Shown here: positions 1 to 9,456 of the stretch, piece by piece | Layout of the letters: each line of letters opens with the position of its first letter | How positions within the stretch are numbered: the stretch's first letter is position 1 | IMG/VR virus record: IMGVR_UViG_3300037511_000246 | Span: 2,550-66,549 of that record | Length of the DNA: 64,000 bases | Strand: one strand, 5' to 3' | DNA from: a virus | Program-made: the position numbers and the translations under genes | Notes under the pieces: generated by a model | Told to the model about the DNA's origin: nothing | The model's database searches: none | Seen by the model: only the letters and a program-made list of their open reading frames with translations

Positions 1-920
1 AGAAGGGTATCGATGAGAAGTGGAAGGACCCCAAGCTCTGGCCTCTGGTTACTCCCAACGCCGGCAGGTCCATCGCTATCGAAGACTTGATTATCTCGTA
101 TCGCGATGCAGAGAAGAAGGGCAAGGAAGAGCTCAAGTCTTGGGCCTCACAGCACTTGAACATCCAGATCGGGCTGGCGCTCAAGGCCGACTCATGGGTC
201 GGCGCTACCATATGGGAGAGCGCTGCCTATGCTAACGCTGTGTCGCTCAAGCACATACTCGATTCGTGCGAAGTCGTAGAGTGCGGAATCGACGGTGGTG
301 GTCTCGATGACTTCCTCAGCATCGCGGTTGTCGGTCGCGAGACTGACAGTGGCAAATGGCTCGCATGGACCAAGTCGTGGGTTTCGAAGCTCATACTTGA
401 GCGCCGGAAAGGCGAGGCCCAAACACTTGAGGAGTTTGCCAAGTCCGGAGATCTTGTGCTCGTAGAATCGCTGGGCGAAGACGTCGAAGAGATGCTTACG
501 ATAGTCGAAGCCTGCGAGAAGTCCGGGCTTCTGGACAAGATTGGCCTTGACCCCTATGGCGTCGGCACTATTGTCGACGAACTGCTGGCGATGGGCATAG
601 AGGAGAATCGCATCGTCGGTATCTCACAGGGCTGGCGTCTGGGCGGAGCAATTAAGACTGTGGAGCGCGCCCTGTCGGAGAAGCGCTTCAAGCATGGTGG
701 TCAGCCTATCAATGCATGGGCTGCGGCGAATGCGAAGTCGGAGCCGAAAGGTAACGCGACTTTGATTACGAAATCGGCGTCGGGTGTTGGAAAGATCGAT
801 CCGCTGATGGCTATCTTTGACGCGGTGCATTTGATTGCGTCGAACCCGACGTCGAAAGCCAAGCGATTTCAGATGTTGGTATTTGGCGGTGGAAAGAACG
901 CTAACCGGAAAGTGGCTTAG
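1..920 (+). CDS. terL: terminase large subunit, C-terminal nuclease part (5' end outside window)
   Basis: The frame is open from nt 3 into ORF 87..920. RNase-H-like nuclease motifs 'VECGIDGGGLDDFLSIAVVGRE' and terminal 'KIDPLMAIFDAV' are typical of TerL C-termini. It sits immediately upstream of protease and capsid genes. Confidence 0.75.
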   Translation, partial: KGIDEKWKDPKLWPLVTPNAGRSIAIEDLIISYRDAEKKGKEELKSWASQHLNIQIGLALKADSWVGATIWESAAYANAVSLKHILDSCEVVECGIDGGGLDDFLSIAVVGRETDSGKWLAWTKSWVSKLILERRKGEAQTLEEFAKSGDLVLVESLGEDVEEMLTIVEACEKSGLLDKIGLDPYGVGTIVDELLAMGIEENRIVGISQGWRLGGAIKTVERALSEKRFKHGGQPINAWAAANAKSEPKGNATLITKSASGVGKIDPLMAIFDAVHLIASNPTSKAKRFQMLVFGGGKNANRKVA

Positions 921-928
921 GAGGCAAC

Positions 929-1573
929 GTGTCAGTAGAAGCAGCAGTGTTGAAATCAATTCGTCGCACATACAGTACTCTCGAGTTCAAGGAGTTCGAT
1001 GACTCGAAGCGGGAGTTCGAAGGTATCGCGACGTCGATCTCAGAGGATCGCTACGGCGACATCGTCGAGACGGACGGTGCGCAGTTTGCACTTCCGCTTC
1101 CGTTGCTGTGGCAGCACATCTCGTCGCAGCCGGTCGGTCATGTGACCTCGGCAACGCCGACGAAGAAGAACATCAAGGTGAAGGGCAGCATCGCGAAGAC
1201 AGATGTTCCCGGCAGTCTGAAAGATCGACTGGATGAAGCATGGCAGAGCCTGAAGCTCGGTCTGGTGCGGCATCTGTCGATCGGGTTCCGTCCGTTGAAG
1301 ATGGAGCCCATTCCCGAAAGTGAACAGTATGGCTGGCGCTTCCTGCTTTGGGAGTGGCTGGAGCTGTCGCTGGTGACGATCCCCGCAAATGCGGATGCAT
1401 CCATCACCAATCTCAAACGGTACGATATGGAGTTGCTGCGAGCCGCGTCTGGCAGAAAGCATGCAAACATCCATGGAGTACCGCTCGTCAAGGTTGACGG
1501 TCTCGGCGTTTCGAGAACTTCTGTCAAGCTTGTTACGGGGCAGCGTAGGGCTGTGACTCTGGATACGAAGTAG
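929..1573 (+). CDS. HK97-family prohead protease
   Basis: '...ELSLVTIPANADA...' and overall pattern of S78/HK97 prohead proteases. Position directly before the major capsid gene. RBS 'aggagg' upstream; start appears to be GTG. Confidence 0.75.
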   Translation: MSVEAAVLKSIRRTYSTLEFKEFDDSKREFEGIATSISEDRYGDIVETDGAQFALPLPLLWQHISSQPVGHVTSATPTKKNIKVKGSIAKTDVPGSLKDRLDEAWQSLKLGLVRHLSIGFRPLKMEPIPESEQYGWRFLLWEWLELSLVTIPANADASITNLKRYDMELLRAASGRKHANIHGVPLVKVDGLGVSRTSVKLVTGQRRAVTLDTK

Positions 1574-1605
1574 ATCTCTCACAAACATTCCCTTAGGAGG
1601 GAACG

Positions 1606-2997
1606 ATGAACATTCAGGAAATGCTGCGCAAGTTGGCCGAGACCAAGAAGGCCAAGGTTGCGCGAATCCAGGCACTGCTGAAGGCCATGTCCGATGGCGA
1701 CCGCACCCTGGAACAGGCCGAGCAGGAAGAGTTCGATGGGCTGGACACCGAAGTCAAGCAGATCGATGCCGATGTGGTTCGCCTGAAGCGAGCCGAAGAG
1801 CTCATGGTGGCCGAAGCCACTCCGCCCGTGACGTCGGTGCAGCAGCGCGCGGCGCAGGGCAACGGTGGTCAGCGTGGCCCGACGGTCATCATCGATCGTC
1901 CGGAACACAAGGAAGAGAAGTTCAAGGGTCAGCGGTTCACGCAGCTCTGCATCGCGCAGGCCGCGTCGCACATCAAGAACCATGTGTTCACTCCGGCACA
2001 GTACGCGGAGCATCGCTGGGGCAAGGCTGCCGCTGGCGTGATCATGATCCTCAAGGCTGGCGTCGCCGGTGCGGGCACGCTGTCCGGAGACTGGGGTGCG
2101 GAACTGCTGGAACTGAACAGCCAGTATCGCGGCGACTTCATCGAGTACCTGTATTCGAAGACGGTGTATGACCGTCTGCCGCTGCGCGTCGTTCCGGCGA
2201 ACGTGCTGATCAAGGGTCAGGACGGTGCGGGCACCGGATACTGGGTCGGTGAGAAGAAGGCCATTCCGGCCACTGCGATGGATTTCTCGGACGTGACGCT
2301 GCGTCATCTGAAGGTTGCGGCGCTGGCTGCGATCTCCAATGACCTGATCATGATGAGCGATCCGGCTGCGGAAGTGCTGGTGCGTGATGGTCTGGTGAAC
2401 GCCAGTGCGCAGCGCATCGACACCACGTTCCTGTCGGCGGCGGCGGCTTCGGCCAATGTGTCACCGGCGGGTATCCTCAATGGCGTGTCGGCACTGACCG
2501 CTGGCGGTGAGGATGCGCAGTCGCTCTACGACGACATCGGTCGCCTGTATGCGCCGTTCATCACGGCGAAGAACGCGTCCGGTCTGGCGTGGGTGATGTA
2601 CACGGGTCTGGCCAAGAGCATCTCGCTGATGCGGAATGCGCTGAGCCAGAAGGAGTTCCCGGACATCAACGTGAATGGCGGTACGCTGGAAGGCGACCCG
2701 GTGTTCACGGGCGACAACGTGGCAACGGACGACCTGATCCTGCTGAAGCCGAGCGACATCTATCGCATCGGTGACGGTGGCTTCGAGGTCTCGGTCTCGA
2801 AGGAAGCGACCATCGAGATGGATACCGTGCCCACGGGCGACGGTGACACTCCGGCCGCGCAGTCTGCGAACATGGTCTCCATGTTCCAGAACGAGATGAC
2901 CGCGTTCAAGGTCGTGCGCCACATCAACTTCGCCAAGCGCCGGACGGGCGTGGTGCAGTTCGTGGGCAATGCGACCTACGGTGGTCAGCAGACCTGA
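1606..2997 (+). CDS. major capsid protein, HK97 fold, with N-terminal coiled-coil delta-like region
   Basis: 463 aa. N-terminal charged coiled-coil (scaffolding/delta-like) followed by a capsid-like body. Strong RBS 'aggaggga' 7 nt upstream. Followed by a hairpin terminator. Confidence 0.8.
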   Translation: MNIQEMLRKLAETKKAKVARIQALLKAMSDGDRTLEQAEQEEFDGLDTEVKQIDADVVRLKRAEELMVAEATPPVTSVQQRAAQGNGGQRGPTVIIDRPEHKEEKFKGQRFTQLCIAQAASHIKNHVFTPAQYAEHRWGKAAAGVIMILKAGVAGAGTLSGDWGAELLELNSQYRGDFIEYLYSKTVYDRLPLRVVPANVLIKGQDGAGTGYWVGEKKAIPATAMDFSDVTLRHLKVAALAAISNDLIMMSDPAAEVLVRDGLVNASAQRIDTTFLSAAAASANVSPAGILNGVSALTAGGEDAQSLYDDIGRLYAPFITAKNASGLAWVMYTGLAKSISLMRNALSQKEFPDINVNGGTLEGDPVFTGDNVATDDLILLKPSDIYRIGDGGFEVSVSKEATIEMDTVPTGDGDTPAAQSANMVSMFQNEMTAFKVVRHINFAKRRTGVVQFVGNATYGGQQT

Positions 2998-3018
2998 TCT
3001 AGTGTCGTGATGAAAGGG

Positions 3019-3052
3019 CTGGGCACTCAGAGATGGGTGCCCGGTCTTTCTG
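3019..3052 (+). terminator. hairpin plus T-tract downstream of capsid gene (partial/leaky terminator)
   Basis: ctGGGCACtcagagatggGTGCCCggTCTTTCTg directly after the capsid stop codon. Confidence 0.35.
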
Positions 3053-3065
3053 CAGAGGTGGCGTC

Positions 3066-3362
3066 ATGAAAGAACTCAAGGTGCTTACTCCATTCGTCTA
3101 CGCAGGAAAACTGCGGAAGAAGGGAGAAAGAATCCGTTCCAGCAATCGATTCGCCACCGTCTTAGTTGCGGTTGGCAAGGTGTCAGAAGTGAAACATGAA
3201 GATCCGCCGCGTCCAAAGACGCGCAGCATGGAACCGCAGAAGGCTTCACGATCGAATCGTGTTGGGCCAAAGCGGCAGAACAGACAGCGTCCCTATCTTC
3301 GCTCCGACATGAGAGCAGATGAGGATTACGAACGCTCCGACTTGACGGTAGGTGACAAGTGA
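3066..3362 (+). CDS. hypothetical basic protein
   Basis: ATG at 3066 has RBS 'agaggtgg'. 98 aa, Arg/Lys-rich. No recognisable domain. Confidence 0.4.
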   Translation: MKELKVLTPFVYAGKLRKKGERIRSSNRFATVLVAVGKVSEVKHEDPPRPKTRSMEPQKASRSNRVGPKRQNRQRPYLRSDMRADEDYERSDLTVGDK

Positions 3363-4978
3363 AAAAGAACTTCCTCGTCAAAGCTTTCGAGAAGCGTGTC
3401 ATGGGACCGCTTGCCAAGAAGTTATTGGACTATCGTCCGATAGATGATCGTAGGGGATGGTGGAAAATCCTCGAACAGTATGCCGGTGCGTGGCAACAGG
3501 ATGTGCAGATCAACCTTAGTACGGTTGACGCGTATTGGGCGAACTTTGCATGCGTGACATTGATTGCGAGCGACATCTCGAAGATGCCGATCAATGTGAT
3601 GCAGTTTGATGAGACCCAGAAGATCTGGATCAAGACAAAGAAGAGGCCGGTTCTCAAGAAGCCTAATCACTACCAGACCACGATCGAGTTCATATTCTCG
3701 TGGATTGTCAGTCAGCTTCGGAATGGCAATACCTATGTCTTGAAGGTTCGTGACCCGCAAGGATTCATCACGAAGTTGTATGTTCTTGATCCGTGGAAGG
3801 TATGCCCACTGATCACAAAAGACGGTGCCATCTATTACCGTCTCGAGGTAGACAATCTTTCTGGCCTGGATGGAGAAGCTTCGATCGTGGTTCCGGCATC
3901 GGAAATTATTCACGATCGAATGTACCCACTCTATCATCCGCTGGTAGGTCTGTCACCGCTATTCGCTTGCGCCATTGCATCTATGCAGGGTGCGGCGATC
4001 ATGAGCACGGCGACGGGCTTCTTCAATAATCGTGGCCTGCCAGCCGGCATCTTGACGGCACCCGGCCACATCCCTGACGATACAGCGGCGCGTCTCAAGA
4101 CGTACTTTGACGACAACTTCACCGGGCAGAACGCTGGCAAGGTGGCCGTCCTCGGAGACAACCTGAAGTTCGAATCGCTGGCATCGAAGGCCGCAGATGC
4201 GCAGTTGATCGAGCAGTTGAAGATGACTGGTGAGATCGTGGCTGCCTGCTACCATGTGCCAGGATATAAGATTGGCGTGGGACAGATGCCGACGGTCAAC
4301 AACACTGCCGCTCTTAATCAGCAATACTACGAGCAGTGCTTGCAGTATCTGGTCGAGAAGATGGAATCACGGCTTGATGATGGCCTGGAGCTCATAGAAG
4401 AGCAGTGCTGGTGCGATACGTCTGTGCTGATGCGCATGGATCCGCAGACTCGCGCGACCGTCATTGGTCAGAAGGTGAAAGACGGCGTTATCTCACCGAA
4501 TGAAGCGCGCCGTGAGGATGATTCTCCGCCCGTTACTGGCGGTGATTTGCCCTACATGCAGCAGCAGAATTACTCGCTGGCAGATTTGGAGCGACGTTCT
4601 CAGCGTGATGCTGCCAAGGGTGAAGAAGGAAACGTTCAGGCGCAAGCGATGAACGGCGCTCAGGTGAGTTCGCTGCAGTCCATTATCACCTCTGTTGCCA
4701 ATGGTGAGATGCCGCCAGAGTCCGCGGCAGCAGCCATCTCAGTCGCGTTCCCACTTCTCACTGAAGCGGAGATCAGTGCGATCATCACGCCATTGAAAAC
4801 ATTCAAGCCGACGCCGACGCCTACTGCGCCATCGGCACCAGCTCCTGCAAATGAACCAGAAGATCCAGAGGGCCAAGATGATGGAACAGCAAAGTCGGTG
4901 GGAGAATTGTTTACCGCCAAAGATATTTCAGCCATGCTCGATGAGCAACTGGCGTCACTCGATGCGGAGGTCGCATGA
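3359..4978 (+). CDS. portal protein, HK97 family
   Basis: 539 aa. Portal-like blocks ('...GNTYVLKVRDPQG...', 'HPLVGLSPL', 'VAACYHVPGYKIGVG'). GTG start overlaps the upstream TGA stop (GTGA). Confidence 0.8.
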   Translation: MKKNFLVKAFEKRVMGPLAKKLLDYRPIDDRRGWWKILEQYAGAWQQDVQINLSTVDAYWANFACVTLIASDISKMPINVMQFDETQKIWIKTKKRPVLKKPNHYQTTIEFIFSWIVSQLRNGNTYVLKVRDPQGFITKLYVLDPWKVCPLITKDGAIYYRLEVDNLSGLDGEASIVVPASEIIHDRMYPLYHPLVGLSPLFACAIASMQGAAIMSTATGFFNNRGLPAGILTAPGHIPDDTAARLKTYFDDNFTGQNAGKVAVLGDNLKFESLASKAADAQLIEQLKMTGEIVAACYHVPGYKIGVGQMPTVNNTAALNQQYYEQCLQYLVEKMESRLDDGLELIEEQCWCDTSVLMRMDPQTRATVIGQKVKDGVISPNEARREDDSPPVTGGDLPYMQQQNYSLADLERRSQRDAAKGEEGNVQAQAMNGAQVSSLQSIITSVANGEMPPESAAAAISVAFPLLTEAEISAIITPLKTFKPTPTPTAPSAPAPANEPEDPEGQDDGTAKSVGELFTAKDISAMLDEQLASLDAEVA

Positions 4979-6396
4979 ACGCTAAAGAGTTACGCGCACT
5001 TCTCGAGCTGATCATGGGAGCTGTCGCGAGACAGCTTCATGGCGTGGTAAAGAGTCTCACAGGACGCTTCGATGCGCTCGAGAAGTCGGTCGGAGAAGTG
5101 CGCGAAGAGGCGCGTCAGATCAAAGAGGCGTCATCGACAACTCTCAAGATCTCAGTCGATTCTGCAGAACTACAACCGCTGATCGTAGAACTTAAGGATA
5201 TGGTAGCGGTTGCTGGCACTGAGTGTAAGGCACATCTCAGCGCTACGATCGAGGAGTGGCATGTCCTGGTGCGTAATGAGTTAGCACAGCAGGCAAAGGT
5301 GAATGGAGAGCTGAAGGGAATCCTCGCAGAGCGCACTGAGCAACTGAAGCCTGAAGAGCTGATGAGGATCGCAGTCTTGGCGCTCCGTAACAGCGATGAG
5401 AATAATGTGCGTGTGCTGACCGAGCTGCTGGCGCAGCGCATTACCGCCGCAGTTGACCCTATCAATCAGAAAATCGCCGAAGCTATGCTGGCAATCGATC
5501 AGTCTGAGACGAGACTGCGAGAGCTGATCAATGAGCTACCGCCAATCGATGAGATTGCGAAGGCGGTATTGCCGCTGATTCCAGAGCCGAAGAACGGCAA
5601 GGACGCTGTAGTACCAACAGAAGACGAGCTACGCAAACTCATCTCAACTGTGCTGACATCATCTGGCTTCAATGACAAATGGATGGAAAGCCTCGTAGAG
5701 AAAGCGGTCAACGCGAGAGCCGATATCGTTCTCAATGAGATGGTGGCTCGTAGCAATGAAGCCGTTGTCAATGCGATCGCGAATATCCGGCAGCCGAAAG
5801 ATGGTGTCGATGGTGTCTCACCAACGGAAGAGCAGGTTCGCAGCTACCTCGAGACCATTGTTGGAACGCGTATTCCAACGCTGGAGCAGCTACAGAAGAT
5901 GGCTGCAGAAACTTTCGAATCTCAGATGAACAAGTGGGCTCTTGAGTTCGAACGCCGCGCACAAGATGTTCTACAGCGAGCCATTGATCGTATGCCAGTG
6001 CCAAAAGACGGAAAGCCGGGTCGCGATGCCTTGTCTGTGAAGAACTTCAAAGTAACGCTGTCGGACGATGGTCGTACACTCAGCTTCATACTCGACGATG
6101 GTGAGACACGAGTTGAAGAGTCTGTACCATTTGTCGCATTGAAGTGGCGTGGCTACTTCAAGAGTGGCGAGACTTATTATCCTGGTGATGTTCTTCAGAG
6201 TCGCGGTTCTTCTTTCTTGGCAATCAGGGAGACGAAGGAAGGTCCGACCGAAGCGGCGAACGAAGCTTGGGTGCTCATGGTTAAGGCTGGGCGAGACGGT
6301 AGGAGCGTCAAGGGCGACAAGGGCGACAAAGGAGACAAGGGCGATCCAGGCATTTCCGAGATACCGAACCCACTAAATCCGATGAGAGGTGCATGA
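4975..6396 (+). CDS. head-associated protein with three internal PK(D/N)GxDxV-PTE repeats and a short collagen-like GDK repeat (scaffold/decoration candidate)
   Basis: 473 aa, coiled-coil rich. Three ~25-aa repeats ('PKNGKDAVVPTEDELRKLISTVL', 'PKDGVDGVSPTEEQVRSYLETIV', 'PKDGKPGRDALSVKNFKVTL'). C-terminal 'KGDKGDKGDKGDPG'. Lies between portal and connector. Confidence 0.4.
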   Translation: MNAKELRALLELIMGAVARQLHGVVKSLTGRFDALEKSVGEVREEARQIKEASSTTLKISVDSAELQPLIVELKDMVAVAGTECKAHLSATIEEWHVLVRNELAQQAKVNGELKGILAERTEQLKPEELMRIAVLALRNSDENNVRVLTELLAQRITAAVDPINQKIAEAMLAIDQSETRLRELINELPPIDEIAKAVLPLIPEPKNGKDAVVPTEDELRKLISTVLTSSGFNDKWMESLVEKAVNARADIVLNEMVARSNEAVVNAIANIRQPKDGVDGVSPTEEQVRSYLETIVGTRIPTLEQLQKMAAETFESQMNKWALEFERRAQDVLQRAIDRMPVPKDGKPGRDALSVKNFKVTLSDDGRTLSFILDDGETRVEESVPFVALKWRGYFKSGETYYPGDVLQSRGSSFLAIRETKEGPTEAANEAWVLMVKAGRDGRSVKGDKGDKGDKGDPGISEIPNPLNPMRGA

Positions 6397-6716
6397 TGCC
6401 ACTTGCAATCATCACGCTAGAAGTAGCGAAGCAGCATCTGCGCCCACCGGGCACCATTGACGATGCGCGTATCGAACGCATGATGGATGAGGCCAGCGCG
6501 ATTGTGCTGGACTACATCAAGCTGCCATACGATTCATATCATGATACGAATGGCGAGCTTGTCGAAGAGGATGTGCCGCCTCCAGTGCGTGCTGCGACGT
6601 TACTTGTTCTTGGAGCGTTGTATGACAATGCGGATGGTCAGAACCCGGACAAGCAGCCACTCTCTGATGCAGCGAAAGCGCTTCTTCACACGCGGAGAGT
6701 ACCGACCCTTGCTTAA
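6393..6716 (+). CDS. head-tail connector protein, gp6-like
   Basis: N-terminus 'ITLEVAKQHLR...DDARIERMMDEASAIVLDYI' matches the gp6-like head-tail connector family signature. ATGA overlap with the upstream gene. Confidence 0.7.
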   Translation: MMPLAIITLEVAKQHLRPPGTIDDARIERMMDEASAIVLDYIKLPYDSYHDTNGELVEEDVPPPVRAATLLVLGALYDNADGQNPDKQPLSDAAKALLHTRRVPTLA

Positions 6717-7329
6717 CAAGTCTACGAACCGGATAGCTAAGTGGGCTGGACAGACTGTTGTCTGCGTCGCCTCTGGCCCATCGTTGACTAAAGAAGATGT
6801 GGACTTTGTGAAGGGTAAGGCGAAGGTCATAGTTGTGAACCGTGAGTTTGCGATGGCACCTTGGGCCGATGCTTGCTACGCTGCTGACTACAGATTTTGG
6901 AAGACATACCTGCCGAAGATCAAGGAAGCATCCTTCGCTGGTGAACTTTGGACAATGAGTGTGCAGGCTCGTAAAGAGTTTGGGATCAATTGCATCGGAC
7001 GTTCTAATGCCGATGGCTACTCTATGATCCAGCACAGCATCACCACTGGTGGCAACAGCGGTTATCAAGCTATCCATCTCGCTGCTTACTGGGGAGCATC
7101 TAGGATAGTGCTTCTCGGGTATGACATGCAGCGCACCTTCAATCGGGACCACCATTTTGGAAAGCATGATGGCGGTCTACCGAACGGTAGAGGGTTTCCT
7201 TTCTGGATCAGACGGTTCAAGCCACTGATCAAAGATCTCGAAGTTCTTGGGGTCAAGGTTGTCAATTGCTCGCGCCACACTGCTATCACATGCATACAGC
7301 GCAAGCCTTTAGCGGAGATAGTCTGGTGA
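6667..7329 (+). CDS. DUF115/Maf-like (MptE-like) putative glycosyltransferase
   Basis: 'VVCVASGPSL...KVIVVN...GGNSGYQAIHLAAYWGASRIVLLGYDM' resembles the conserved core of motility-accessory-factor/DUF115 proteins. Start inferred at the first ATG after the connector stop; uncertain. Confidence 0.4.
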   Translation: MQRKRFFTRGEYRPLLNKSTNRIAKWAGQTVVCVASGPSLTKEDVDFVKGKAKVIVVNREFAMAPWADACYAADYRFWKTYLPKIKEASFAGELWTMSVQARKEFGINCIGRSNADGYSMIQHSITTGGNSGYQAIHLAAYWGASRIVLLGYDMQRTFNRDHHFGKHDGGLPNGRGFPFWIRRFKPLIKDLEVLGVKVVNCSRHTAITCIQRKPLAEIVW

Positions 7330-7397
7330 GAATAAACACTAACAGAAGCACCGACGTCGCGCGAATACTTGCAGCGAGATTGTCTGCAGATCGCGAC

Positions 7398-8063
7398 ATG
7401 ATGAATATGAAGCGCTTCAAGAGATATCGCCCAGACTGGGATTGGAAGGGCATCATTGGTAGCGCAGCCTGTATCAAGTGGAGCTTCAGAGATCTGGAAA
7501 ACCTTGATGCAGCGCTTGGGCTCTTCTCTGCTCGTAGGCGCGCAGTGCAGGCTGGTGGAAACATCGGTATCTTTGCCAAGCGTCTCGCAGAAGAGTTCCA
7601 AGAGGTTGTGACCTTCGAGCCGGATGCTGGCCTGTTCAAGGCGATGTCCATCAATGCGCCGGAGCGTAACATCGTTCGCCATCAGATGGCTCTTGGAGAC
7701 ATGTCTTGCGGCGTTTCTCTGAGTGCTGAGCGCAGAGACAGCAGTGGTCGGCCCTCTCATGAAGGGCTGACGCACGTTACCGGCGATGGAAATATTCCAA
7801 TGCGCACGCTGGACTCATTCCAGTATGCGTACTGCTCACTGCTATATCTGGACATCGAAGGTTATGAGCTGAAGGCACTTCGGGGTGCGTCTGAAACCAT
7901 CGATCGATGCCGGCCAGTGGTAGGCTTGGAAGTCAATGGATCTTCAGAGTACTACGGTGATAGCGACGAAGCGCTGAGAACCTTCATGCGAGAGAAGCGC
8001 TACGTTCTGAAGTTCACAAGGAACAGTGATGAGATATATCTTCCAGAGGAGTTCACGCTGTGA
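7398..8063 (+). CDS. FkbM-family methyltransferase
   Basis: 'AVQAGGNIGIFA...VVTFEPDAGLF...LLYLDIEGYELKALRG' is the FkbM methyltransferase pattern. Start at the first ATG after the upstream stop; a GTG at 7326 is possible. Confidence 0.6.
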   Translation: MMNMKRFKRYRPDWDWKGIIGSAACIKWSFRDLENLDAALGLFSARRRAVQAGGNIGIFAKRLAEEFQEVVTFEPDAGLFKAMSINAPERNIVRHQMALGDMSCGVSLSAERRDSSGRPSHEGLTHVTGDGNIPMRTLDSFQYAYCSLLYLDIEGYELKALRGASETIDRCRPVVGLEVNGSSEYYGDSDEALRTFMREKRYVLKFTRNSDEIYLPEEFTL

Positions 8064-8800
8064 AGACCGTAGCGACAAAAGAGCAGTATGAGGCCGCTTG
8101 GAAGACCGAAGTCGCCAACGCATATGCGGCGATTGATGCCTATGAGCGTGTGTGCGGATACGCTGTAGACCTGGATTGGCTCAATGGCATTGCGCGCATT
8201 CTCAATTGCCCTGTCAAAGTGAATCCGCCGAACTGGCAGCATGGGCGCGTGCTCTACGCGGCATTGCGGAAGTTCTTAGAGTCCAATGTTGGATTGGCGA
8301 CTGTCAAGTCACCGCGTGCGATTATTGACATTGGCACAGCCAAAGGGTTCAGCGCGAGTGTGATGGCTCGCGCACTGTATGATCATGGCGTGACATGGAT
8401 GCCGGTCTACACTGTTGATGTCATAGACCCAGATGCGCGGGTTATACGCAATACAGTTGCTGAAGTAGATGGTTTGAAGACACTCTACGAAGTGCTTGAT
8501 CCAACGCTACCTGCTGGCGTGCATGTGCAATGCTATGGTCGTGGGTCGCGCGACGTACTCGAGAGGCTGAAGCATGGTGGATACCGTATCCCATTCGCAT
8601 TCGTAGACGGTAAGCATTCTTTCGATGCCGTCAAGTTTGAAGGTGTTGCAATTGCCATGAGACAGCAGGCTGGCGACATGGTGATCTTCGATGATTGTCA
8701 GTTGCCAGAGGTGCGGCGAGCCGTTGAGATTCTCAACATGTATGAGGTATCGTATCTACAGAATGGCCCGCGCACCTATGCTATTGCGAGGCGTCTGTGA
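8060..8800 (+). CDS. class I SAM-dependent methyltransferase (O-methyltransferase-like)
   Basis: Gly-rich motif I 'IIDIGTAKGFSAS'; acidic 'FVDGKHSFDAV' and 'MVIFDDC' resemble TylF/CmcI-like O-MTases. GTGA start/stop overlap. Confidence 0.55.
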   Translation: MKTVATKEQYEAAWKTEVANAYAAIDAYERVCGYAVDLDWLNGIARILNCPVKVNPPNWQHGRVLYAALRKFLESNVGLATVKSPRAIIDIGTAKGFSASVMARALYDHGVTWMPVYTVDVIDPDARVIRNTVAEVDGLKTLYEVLDPTLPAGVHVQCYGRGSRDVLERLKHGGYRIPFAFVDGKHSFDAVKFEGVAIAMRQQAGDMVIFDDCQLPEVRRAVEILNMYEVSYLQNGPRTYAIARRL

Positions 8801-9456
8801 TTACCGTTGCTTGTGTGTATGTGCAGGGACATGTCGCGTTCACTCGTGAATATGTTCTGCGGCTGCGATCTATGGTCGCGCGGTATCTTTCGAGAGACCA
8901 CAGCTTTGTGTGCCTCACAGACAAGCCGCACCAGTTCAAAGATACGGACATCAAGGCCGTAGAAATCTCGAGACCGATGTATGGGATGTTTGGATGGTGG
9001 AGCAAGCTGCACCTCTTCGATGACTCTATTGCTGAACTGCAGAGCGGGCGCTGCATGTACTTGGACTTGGACACTCTCGTCCTGAAGACGCTCGATGTGG
9101 TAGTAGATTATCCATCACCATTCGCACTGGTGCCAGACGATGCTCCAAACTTCAGGGGCAAGATGGGGCGGCTGACAGTAAAGAAGTTCAATTCATCAGT
9201 GATGGTGTGGAATGGCGGAGAGCAGAACGCGCTCTACAATGATTTCAGGGTCGCTGTCAGTCACAGGTTGTGGGGTGACCAGGATTGGATTGGTGAGAAA
9301 GTTCCAACTGCCGACAGGATGCCTCTAGAATGGTTTCCGCGTGTATCTCAGTGCATCGCCGCTCCACCACCGGCTGCAAGAGTGGTGCTGTGCAAGAAGC
9401 CTAAGAACTATGAAGCGGCGAAAGAAATTCCTTGGGTCAGGGAGGCGTGGCAGTAA
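8797..9456 (+). CDS. nucleotide-sugar transferase-like protein (DxD motif), paralog of 10205..10939
   Basis: 'CLTDKP', 'YLDLDTLVL' (DxD) and 'VMVWNGGEQ...WGDQDWI' are shared with the downstream paralog. GT8-like character. GTGA overlap. Confidence 0.4.
   Translation: MITVACVYVQGHVAFTREYVLRLRSMVARYLSRDHSFVCLTDKPHQFKDTDIKAVEISRPMYGMFGWWSKLHLFDDSIAELQSGRCMYLDLDTLVLKTLDVVVDYPSPFALVPDDAPNFRGKMGRLTVKKFNSSVMVWNGGEQNALYNDFRVAVSHRLWGDQDWIGEKVPTADRMPLEWFPRVSQCIAAPPPAARVVLCKKPKNYEAAKEIPWVREAWQ

Noticed and set aside
1040-2307. Several minus-strand ORFs (1040..1675, 1138..1527, 1579..2307) overlapping protease and capsid genes
   Set aside because: They lie antisense to strongly supported structural genes and have no RBS. 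Their Arg/Ser/Pro-rich composition is typical of GC-rich antisense frames.
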